64,000 nt of DNA, taken from Octopus vulgaris. Taxonomy: Eukaryota. The notes beneath the pieces are model-generated. The model searched no databases and had not been told where the DNA came from. It was given only the letters and a program-made list of their open reading frames with translations. Shown here one piece after another: positions 54,295 through 64,000 of this stretch (position 1 is its first letter; each line of letters begins with the position of its first letter). The stretch is taken from contig OX597823.1 of NCBI GenBank assembly GCA_951406725.2, positions 92,628,001-92,692,000 of the forward strand. The letters run 5' to 3'. Made by a program: the position numbers and the translations under genes.

Positions 54295-54678
54295 GGTTTC
54301 AAATCTTGGCACAAGGCCAGCCAGTGCGGAAAAGCGATCAAATCGATTACGCCGACCTCCAATGTTATTTTATGTACCCTGATAGGATGAAAGGCAAAGT
54401 TGATCTCGGCGGAATTTGAACTCAGAACGTAAAGACATACGATATACCTATTTCTTTACTACCTACAAGGGGCTAAACACAGAAGGGACAAACAAGGACA
54501 GACAAACGAATTAAGTCGATTACATCGACCCCAGTGCGTAACTGGTACTTATTTAATCGACCCCGAAAGGATGAAACGCAAAGTCAACCTCGGTGGTATG
54601 TGAACTCAGAACGTAGCGACAGACGAAATACTGCTAAGCATTTCGCCCAGCGTGCTTACGTTTCTGCCAGCTCGCCGC
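54295..54678 (-). mobile_element. Nested or dimeric SINE family B
   Basis: A full copy (54446-54678) runs at its 3' GGTAT directly into a second copy's body (54295-54445). Confidence 0.85.
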
Positions 54679-54684
54679 GTTGAA

Positions 54685-54960
54685 GAACATAGATATTACC
54701 ATACACAGGGATACACACGTGCACCACAAAAAAACTGGAGAAGATGGAGAAATACAGAATAATAAAAGACGAAATACCTAGAATGTAGACAATAAGGATT
54801 GTAGCTGTTATCACATTAGTTGTAGGGGCGTTCGGAGCACTAACAACCACCTTTGAGAAATATGTTGGAGGAATTGGAATTGATATGAGGGCGGAGCAGA
54901 CCCCCAAAATACTAACCTCTTAGGGAAAACCATGATTTTGCGAGTGGTCTTTGGGTGTTA
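54685..54960 (+). mobile_element. R4/Dong-like RLE fragment
   Basis: Translation IDITI...KLEKMEKYRIIKDEIPRM*TIRIVAVITLVVGAFGA...LLGKTMILRVVFG. Confidence 0.8.
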
Positions 54961-54994
54961 GATGTCTGCCATGTTACCGTCCAAGTTAACAAAG

Positions 54995-55068
54995 CCCGTG
55001 GGCATAGTCGTTAAGAGCGCGGGCTACTAACCCCAAGATACCGAGTTCGATTCCAGGCAATGACCTGC
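54995..55068 (+). mobile_element. Short tRNA-like SINE head followed by (TAA)n
   Basis: GGCATAGTCGTTAAGAGCGCGGGCTACTAACCCCAAGATACCGAGTTCGATTCC carries A and B boxes but no pairing acceptor stem. Confidence 0.55.
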
Positions 55069-55280
55069 ATAATAATAATAATAATAGTAATAATAATAAT
55101 AATAATAATAATGATAATATATAATTAAATAGAAGGATAAAGTCTATGTAAGAATTTATCAAGTAGTCAGCGTGAAAAAGCAGTTAAGGGATAAATTTAT
55201 ACAAAATATAATTACTTTATTCCCTCTTAGATACCATTATTATATTAAGGACCATACTACACGTAAATGCCTCACGCTAT

Positions 55281-55340
<60 letters not shown>

Positions 55341-56893
55341 AGAGAGAGAGAGATGAGTGCGTCTCTGAGTCTTTATCTCTGTGTTTATACGCTACCACCG
55401 CTTTACAACCGGTGTCGGTATGATTACGTCCCGTAAATTAGCAGTTCAGCAAAAGTAACTACAGGGTAAATACTTTGGTCGATTTATTCTACTAAATTTG
55501 TTCAAGCCGGTGCCCCAGCAAGGCCAGTGTCTAATGACTGAAACAAGTGATAGATAAGAAATTGTAATTCATAAATCAAAAATTCCTACTGATAGAAAGA
55601 AAAAAAATGTACGTCAAATCGTAAGGTAGATTCGAGACACTGACCAACAAATCTGAATTGAGAACATTATGTAAAACGGAATAAAGCTTAATATGAGAAA
55701 ATGAAATGGTCAATCAATGATAATGATGCAATGTCTGAAAAAGACAATAATTTCTAGGTGAAAGTAAGTAGTCAAAAGAAATATACAGACGTTTAGACCA
55801 GAAATTAGTTAGAAATTTAATTTTGAAATATTTGCCAGCATAATGTCGGAGCAAGGGAATAAAATCCACGAATATGTTGTTATATAAAGATGCAGAGAAA
55901 AACAGAATTCGTCCAGACAATGAGTTAGAAATAATCAGAAATAAGCGAACTAATCAGAAAATATTACGTAAATGAGAGAATACACTGCGAAGGAATATTG
56001 TAGACGTATTCGATTAATACTTAAAACGAAGCTAAATGCCCCAAATATATTAATAAGTATAAGTGATTTTGTTGTATTGATTTAGATTTTTAATATTCCT
56101 GGCACGAGAGACTACAGACTTCACACCAGCAGCAAGCAAAGGCTTGTAATGAACCAAATTTAATTACACAATATATGGAGACTGTAAAGAGCCAATTGAT
56201 CATATTATTTCTGTTTGCTAGTGTTAGGCAAAATAATGTATATAAACAGACATTACTTAGAGGTTTTGATCAACTAAAATCTATGACAGCATTATTTGAT
56301 TTCAATACACAGTCACAGACACACACGCGCACATACACAAACCAACACACACACACATACACAAACACACGCACGCGGGCAATCACACATATTTAAACCA
56401 TATGGCAGAAATACAAGGAAAGTGTTTTAAAATATGCTGCAGAAATCCTGGTACGACATGACAGTTCATACAAAGAAATAATTTACGATTTTATAAGAGG
56501 AGAAAAAATAATTTCTATTAAGGTGCCGTAAGCCATGTAGAAACGGGAGAAATTATCCTGAGAAATATCTGGGTCGATTGTGTGTAACAAACTTCACTGC
56601 ACTCACAGCAATTAATAATGAGGGTATAGTGTTGTTAAACGGTAATGATTGAAATCTACCGAATATGAAGATGGGTGATCCCTTCTACGAGCTTTCACAC
56701 ATTTTCGCTAATGCAAACTATTTACTGCTTTAAAGTAAAAAATAACCGGTAATTAAGAACTATACGAGAGTCTTTCATAGTAATAATAACAACAACAACT
56801 CCTACTACAACAGCAACGACAACAAAAACAACAACAACAAAAACAATAATAATAATAATAATAATAATAATGATGATGATGATGATGTTGATG

Positions 56894-57262
56894 ATAAGAG
56901 CACTTAGAGAGCGTAAACTTCCTCCAAAGCAACACCAACTTCCTCTCAACGATTAGCCAGGGATGAGTCTTAAATTGAGAAATTTTGAAATAGACTCGCC
57001 TGCTCTCACAAACGAGAATACTAAAAGTGAACCCGACCACACTCAAAAATTAAGTAAAAGAATAGGAAAAATTATCCAGAATCCTTGACCTGCACCGGAT
57101 CGATCTCAAACTTCGTGTCAGTCACGAGGCCAAACATCCATGAAAGTTTCATCCGAATTCATCCAGCGGTTCTTGTGATATCTTGTCCACGGTCAAGCAA
57201 ACAAACAAAGGAATAAACACGACTGAAAACAATATTTCTGCTTTTGCTAAGACAGAGGTGAT
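56894..57262 (+). mobile_element. Helentron-associated (HINE/DINE-like) non-autonomous element
   Basis: AAGAGCACTTAGAGAGCGTAAACTTCCTCCAAAG start, AAAGTTTCATCCGAATTCATCCAGCGGTTCTTGTGATATC core, (CAAA)n, and a GAAAACAATA...GAGGT end. Confidence 0.55.
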
Positions 57263-57419
57263 AATAATTAGTGACGGTGACAAATAGACAACACTACCGA
57301 CAGCGACAAACGCCGAATTTGTGGTGAGAGGGGTGAAACGGTATGGCCCATCGTTAGCGAATGCCCGAAATTAGCACAACGCGAATGCAAATGACACCAT
57401 TACAATGTAGCAAGAATGA

Positions 57420-57572
57420 TCCATTGGGTGCTCTGATATTTATTTCATCGATCCCGAAAGATGACCTCGAGGTAAAGACGCCCGCGGCAGAATTTGAACT
57501 CACAACATGCAAGAGGACGAAGAGTTGCTAAACATTTTGCCTGGTGTGCTAACGATTCTGCCAGGTGGCCGC
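57420..57572 (-). mobile_element. SINE family B, degraded
   Basis: GCTAACGATTCTGCCAG and GAATTTGAACTC motifs. Confidence 0.65.
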
Positions 57573-57657
57573 CACAACAACCATAATAATTTGCTTAATG
57601 ATCATAAACTCTTCCTAAATAGTATTTTCTAAACACATACGACGTAGTAAAAGACAG

Positions 57658-58043
57658 GGGAGGCGCAATGGACCAGTGGTTAGAGCAGCGGACTCGCGGT
57701 CGTAGGATCGCGGTTTCGATTCCCAGACAGGGCGTTGTGAGTGTTTATTGAGCGAAAACACCTAAAAGCTCCACGAGGCTCCGGCAGGGATGGTGGTGAT
57801 CCCTACTGTACTCTTTCACCACAACTTTCTCTCACTCTTACTTCCTGTTTCTGTTGTACCTGTATTTCAAAGGGCCGGCCTTGTCACTCTCTGTGTCACG
57901 CTGAATATCCCCGAGAACTATGTTAAGGGTACACGTGTCTGTGAAGTGCTCAGCCACTTGTACGTTAACTTCACGAGCAGGCTGTTCCGTTGATCGGATC
58001 AACCGGAACCCTCGTCGTCGTAACCGACGGAGTGCTTCCATCC
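57658..58043 (+). mobile_element. SINE family C, full length, with 12-bp TSD
   Basis: tRNA-Arg-like head. TSD AGTAAAAGACAG at 57646-57657 and 58044-58055. Confidence 0.95.
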
Positions 58044-58164
58044 AGTAAAAGACAGTATATCGCACCCATTATATTCTAAGTTTGAAAATCATACGATATC
58101 ACGCATATACGCGTTAGTCACATCACAAGCATATGTGCGTGAATTGGTAACCTTATATCAAGAG

Positions 58165-58520
58165 AAATAGCACATGACCTTGCAGGTCGGGCACGGTTAG
58201 AATTTTCTTCCGGTCAAGTAGCCCATCCTGATCAAAAGTCCATGAATGAGGTTTGCTTAAGAATGTTGAACGAAACACCCATGTTTCCAGAGGTGAATTA
58301 TCCAAATCCCAAAGAATTCCTCTCAACACATGGCTTTGATGCTCCCCCACTACTTCTGCTCATGATCAGAGATGCATATATTGTCAGCTACTAAGAGACA
58401 TGCTCAATTGGTTACGATCAAACAACTGACGAGCAAATCTGTGGTATTGAGCAGAATATTTGCCGTAGCCCATCTTTTATACCAAGACAAAATAATGGAC
58501 ATAATAACACTTCCAATCAT
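58165..58520. repeat. Unclassified interspersed repeat
   Basis: Higher-complexity segment abutting (TTA)(TAG)n. It resembles a common octopus repeat from recollection only. Confidence 0.3.
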
Positions 58521-58523
58521 CAC

Positions 58524-58561
<38 letters not shown>

Positions 58562-58819
58562 GTAGTAGTAGTAGTAGTAGTAGTAGTATTACTATCATTA
58601 TCCACTCATTTCAATTATGTTTCCATTTCTTGCCGAGTGTCTTCCCGACACCTAGCACAAAGGCGCTCACCGTATACATTAGTAGGCCATTAAAGTAAAC
58701 GGCGGGTTATTCATTTACAATGTCTTGTGATAGAAAAAGAGAGAAGGGGAAGAAAATCTAAAGACATATTTTTTTAAGATAGGAAAAAACGAAAAAAGGA
58801 AACCAAAGAAGTTAATATA

Positions 58820-58856
58820 TCACTACCATCATCATCATCATCCTCATCACCATCAC

Positions 58857-58889
<33 letters not shown>

Positions 58890-58935
58890 TATCATCATCA
58901 TCATCATCATCATCGTCATTATTACTATTATTATT
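58820..58935. repeat. (CAT)n microsatellite
   Basis: Seen directly. Confidence 0.95.
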
Positions 58936-59654
58936 CACATCCCATGAATGTCTTCACTTATTTTCCATCTATAAGAAACATTTTGCTTCGTACAATGTTT
59001 TATTTATACTCCGATTTATTTACTTCGGATTATATCATGCTGACGATTTTTAACAAGAATGAAATGATGCAATACATGATTACATCAGACTAAAAATCAA
59101 TATATCTTCATAATATATAATTCACCCCAGAAAAAAAGAACTAGATACGTATATTTCATACATCTTCATGTTACTCTGTTTTAAATTTCGAATTTACTAA
59201 ACCACCAAATATGTAAAAAATGTTTAACTGCCGTAGAGTAACTGAACATCTGGGAGCGCTACGTACTATACAAACAGTTGTATTCAATTTACATAACGCA
59301 ACATACAGTAATAGCAAGCAATGCTAGCACGCTTCAAATAAAAATAATGTGTCGGTTTGAAGTAAACGCTAATTACAGTAAAAACGAAATTATTTATATG
59401 TTAATCAATAAAACAAACGTGAGAACAATATCCACCAGTAACGTTATTTTGATGAAAGCTACAGAGGTAGCCGAATGTTAGGCCAAAGTGATGTGAGATG
59501 TGACCAAATAACTGTTTAATCGCATATACACTTTTTCTGTACATAAAGCAAACGGACATTATAAAAAGAGTTTGTGTTAGTGAGTGGAATCAACGGACAT
59601 GCATGACTGAAGTTAAACTCCAGCTGCGTAGTGGATGTAGTAAGAGTTTGGTAA

Positions 59655-59900
59655 AAGCTCGTGATCTGGTAGTTAGCGTGTTGAATTCACAATCGTACGA
59701 TCACGGTTTCGACTCTCAGACCAAGCGGTAATTTGAATTGTTAACCAAATCTCTTAATTTCACGATGCAACAGTCCCCTGAGCTGTAAACGGGTAAGCAC
59801 CAACGGACTGAGGAGCTCCTCAGGTGGGAATATTGTGATCTCAGTAGGTTACGTATACACTACGGAGACCCAGTAAAGGGCATTATGAGTGGTAGGACTT
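59655..59900 (+). mobile_element. tRNA-derived SINE, degraded
   Basis: GTAGTTAGCGTGTTGAATTCACAATCGTACGATCACGGTTTCGACTC head. Confidence 0.55.
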
Positions 59901-60864
59901 GAGATACTAATCATATATGAGATTCATGTTACATATTTGGAAGGTCCTGAAAATAAAATGAAATTAATTCCTACATAGAATTAACACCGAAAATGAAATA
60001 TACTAACAGAGGAGAAACAACAAACATCCGATAGCTAAAAAAACAAACCAAAACAAAAAAAATGAAAAAGTTTTGTAATATTTTGATGAAGTCACATACA
60101 GTCGGTGAGACATCAAGAACGATGGAAGTATCAGAACTCGAAAGAAAATGCAAGGAAGTATGATAGCTAAACAAAACAAAAATAAACTACATAAAATATT
60201 CAAAATAATAGAAGGAATTTATTATACAAAGATTTTAAAGAATTTATAAAAAATAACAGCCAGCCAGGCGGCCAATGAAATTGTATAAATGACGTATAAG
60301 TCGTTATACAAAGAACGGATATAATGACAGAGAAATGAGTCTAAGCTACTCTAAGAACTGTTGACTTGATTAAAATTGACAATATTTAATTATAGTCCGG
60401 CACTTAAATCAGAGAATTAGAAGAAAACATCAGTACATACATGTAGACGCAACTGAGAATTTAAAAATACTGAATTGAGAAATAATTAGGAATAATAGAA
60501 AAGATTAATTCAGCAGAGTCGGACGAAATTCTAACATCTTACTGCAATGACAGGAATAATGTTTTTCATAGATATTGAGAAATTAAATTTTTCTCGTCAT
60601 AAAGTAAGACATTGATATAAAAACTTGGAAGAAACTTAATCACTGCATTAACGCTGGTGTAGATAGGATATACAAGCGCCTTAAACAGATGGGCCACGTG
60701 ATGTGACATAAAAGTAACATGACGTCATCCATATTTTAATGGATTAGCTTCGTAAGGGAGCATTAGTATTTAATATGATATATACGCACAGGCATTCATA
60801 ACCACAGAACGATAAATGGTTTGTATTTGCTTGTTATTTTGTTTTTATTTATTGAAAGGGAGAA

Positions 60865-61090
60865 AGTTCGTGGCTTAGTGGCTTGGCTGTTACACTCAGG
60901 ATTGCAAGATTGTAGTTTCGATTCCTGAAGCGGGAGGTGCATTCTGCTATTTAACCAAAAAATTCACTTCACTTTGTTTCAAACCACGCATTTGTTAGTG
61001 TAAGCCTACAACGGATTGGGCCCTGTTTGGGGACAATACTGTGATTTCGGTCACTTACAAGCCATAGAAGCCTTTTGAGTCCTTGGGGTT
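60865..61090 (+). mobile_element. tRNA-derived SINE, degraded
   Basis: GTGGCTTAGTGG...AGTTTCGATTCCTG head. Confidence 0.55.
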
Positions 61091-62174
61091 GAGACATTAG
61101 AAAATTATTTTTTAAAAATTTACCCAGAAGTACTGAGGTGGCATTTAACACTGAAACAAGGTGACTTGTAGTCCACAGGTTTCACTCGGTGTTCACTGTA
61201 TTTTTAATCAGTCGCATTTGGCTGATATCATCTATTTCGACACAACCAGCACGAATCGGGGTTAGTCACAGCCACTCCAAGTGCTAGATCATTCAATAAA
61301 TTAAAATTATCTTATGGTAAAAGCACAACTTTAACACAACTAAATATATATTCAAAAGCCTTAGCATTTCACTTCGGACCGAGAACTTCAGCTCCTCCCC
61401 CGATGATTGTTGATCCAATTCGAAATTCAGATGAGGCATACATTGGAATAATTACGCTGACATTTCGAATGGTGGTGCGGCTGTTGTACACAATGAATTC
61501 CTTAACGGCCGTAAAACTAACGGATATGACTTCGTTGGTGCATGCGGTCCACGCATATATGTTGTTCCTCGAACCTAGCTTGTTACGTGCTCACCTATAA
61601 GCTTTTCCACCACATTTCGGTAGTGAATAACTACAGTAAGTCTAGCACCACCACAACGCCCAGGTTATTAATCTTCGTCGCCGTGCAACGTTTTGAACCA
61701 AAAGGTAAGAGTCATCTCATCAATTCCGTAAAGCGAATGGTGCAGACACTGACTGTAGCCCTAGATGTTGCAAAAAGAGATGCAAGCAAATACAATCTGC
61801 ACTTTCATATTTAATTTGCTTCTACATATTTTAATAACCTATTAAAAATTTGCTTGTTTGGTTGGCTATTTGGTTAGTTGGTTGGTTGATTTCTTCAGTC
61901 ACGCTTTACAACGTTTAGAGAAATAGAGAGAGGATTTAGAATAACTTAACATAAGTGATACAAGAAGAGAGCGTATACTAGGCTCTGTGGCAGGAACACC
62001 AAGCGCACGCGATGACAGGGAATGACTCATAAGGACGAAAGAAGCAAACGACGTTGTAGTCATGGGAGGATTCACATAATTAAGGAATTGAGTCATATTG
62101 TTCGTAAGGGAATACATATTTTCTTTCGGGAATGAGTTCATTGTGTAAGAAATTTGATAAAAGATTAACTGATA

Positions 62175-62275
62175 GGCGTAGGCGTGGCTGTATGGTAAGA
62201 AATTTGCTTCCCAGCCACATGGTTTCGCGTTCAGACCCACCGCATACCACCTTGGGAAAGCGTTTATTGGCCTTT
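62175..62275 (+). mobile_element. SINE family A head
   Basis: GGCGTAGGCGTGGCTGTATGGTAAGAAATTTGCTTCCCAGCCACATGG...CACCTTGGG. Confidence 0.75.
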
Positions 62276-62354
62276 TTCTTTCCTTTAAAAATCGGCACGA
62301 ACTTTCCGGAGAAAGCAATATATAGTTTCATATCTAGACATGCTCATATATGTT

Positions 62355-62750
62355 TAAATGATAAACTTCTGGAAAGTTTTACAGATTTTTACAGTTCCAG
62401 TGATGGTTTTGATGTGTAGTCCTCGAATTAGCTTTCTGCTTCCTGGTTTTGAGAAGCCTAATTTCTCAAAATAGTTATTTAGGCAGCGTGTTACATATCT
62501 CAGGGCCCTAATAATTACAGGTATAAACCTGAACTTGCATTCTGGATAGAGTTGCTGTACATTCCTCAGCAGTTCAGCGTAGGTGTTTTCTTTTTCGCTG
62601 CTCTTCAGCTTTATGTTAACATCTGCTGGGCAGCTGATTTCCTAAACTGTACACAGTTTCTCTTGTATATGTCAAATAACTATGTCAGGTCTACATTTTA
62701 TTGAGGTTTACATTTTATTGAGGTTTCCACTGGAACGTTCCGCCAGAACT
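62355..62750 (-). mobile_element. R4/Dong-like non-LTR retrotransposon RLE domain fragment
   Basis: Minus translation RPDIVI*...EISCPADVNIKLK..KENTYAELL...FIPVIIRAL...GTVK, a PD-(D/E)xK restriction-like endonuclease signature. Confidence 0.8.
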
Positions 62751-62779
62751 CATTATTATTCAGACAACGATCTACCAAA

Positions 62780-62963
62780 GGCGTTAGCACGCCAGGCAAA
62801 GAGCTTAGCTGCATTTCGTCCGATTTTACATTGAGTTCAAATTCCGCCGTGGTCGACTTTGTCTTTCGGGTCGATGAAATAAGTACCAGTTACACGCTAG
62901 GGTCGATATCATCGACCATCACCTACCCTCAAATTTCAGGCCTTGTGCCTTTATCAGAAAGGA
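62780..62963 (+). mobile_element. SINE family B variant
   Basis: GTTAGCACGCCAGG...GAGTTCAAATTCCGCCG...GTCGATGAAATAAGTACCAG. Confidence 0.75.
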
Positions 62964-62964
62964 T

Positions 62965-63110
<146 letters not shown>

Positions 63111-63169
63111 ATTTTCATATACACTCAACAGATTAGCTTTTTGGAAAGGAAAAATCGTAACACAAGGCT

Positions 63170-63433
63170 ACAACATGAAACCTTAGATGCCAAGAACCCA
63201 ACTATCGTGCTACAACTAGTAATCTTGGATGCCAAGAACCCTCGTTGGTAACCTAACTGACCCTAATAACACTGTTTTCTGCGCCTGTACTAAACTGGGT
63301 TTTATTCCTATTTCCTCTATCCATCTGTTCAGATATTTAGGGATAGTTCGCAATGCACTTATAACAACTGGGATACATTTTACTCTCACTTTTCATAGTT
63401 TCTATAATTCGATAGCTTGGTCCTGGTACTTAT
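63170..63433 (-). mobile_element. R4/Dong-like RLE 3' fragment
   Basis: Minus translation KYQDQAIEL*KL*KVRVKCIPVVISALRTIPKYL...QKTVLLGSVRLPTRVLGI, beginning at a CAA/TAA repeat. Confidence 0.8.
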
Positions 63434-64000
63434 TATTGTTGTTGTTGTTGTTACGTATAGCCACCAACTGGCAGAATCGTTAGATGTTTACCTTCTAGCA
63501 ACATCTTTCATTCATTTCGAGTTCGATAAAGCAAAGTACAATTCGAACCCTAGGCCCGATGTAATCGGTTAACATCCCGCCCCCACCCTTTAAATTTAAA
63601 GGCCTTGGATCAAAATTAGAAACAATTCCTATTTTTAGTATTTCATTGATGATGAACGTCAAAACAGAAAATCTTCCATTTGCCAAATAAGGGTCCTACC
63701 TGTGGTATTAAATTGTATTTAATGAGGTTCTTTTGAATAATTTCTTGTCGAAGCTATTGGCAAACATATGGACGTTTGCCGATGTCGAGAAGACTTACGA
63801 ACGATCATAGTAACTCTGCTGTGATCACTATTTCACATTTTCATCGTGAAATGGTGATCATACATTTAACTTCTTTGAAAGCCTGAAGAATGTGGTTTGG
63901 GCATGATTTGACTGATATTTATTTTTGAAATTCGTGTCAGGCATTAGCTTCCAAATTTATCGCTTTATCTAGCGATTGCAACTGGTTGAATATTCAAATA

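Noticed and set aside
61200-61800. Higher-complexity segment, possibly a LINE or exon
   Set aside because: No convincing protein motif in the frames I examined.

Overview
AT-rich eukaryotic repeat desert. The SINE families and the extreme (TA)n/(CA)n/(TAA)n density point to an octopus/coleoid cephalopod genome; this is my recognition of the families and was not database-checked. I find no intact host protein-coding gene, and almost all listed ORFs are microsatellite artefacts. The window holds three tRNA-derived SINE families (about 30 copies), decayed LINE fragments (RTE, CR1/L2-like, R4/Dong-like RLE, probable L1/Tx1), DNA transposons (two mariner, one Tc1, hAT- and Mutator-like MITEs), Helitron/Helentron non-autonomous elements and a Penelope GIY-YIG fragment. 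The most notable signal is a set of at least six good, and several degenerate, type I hammerhead ribozyme (HHR) motifs with minimal palindromic stem III, mostly in inverted-repeat structures. They include a 360-nt, highly structured HHR unit (20510-20869) whose adjacent inverted copy reads across the unit's own end-to-start junction, which suggests a circular or multimeric, retrozyme-like RNA template. They also include a ~515-bp inverted repeat with an intact HHR in each arm. Boundaries of degenerate elements are approximate.
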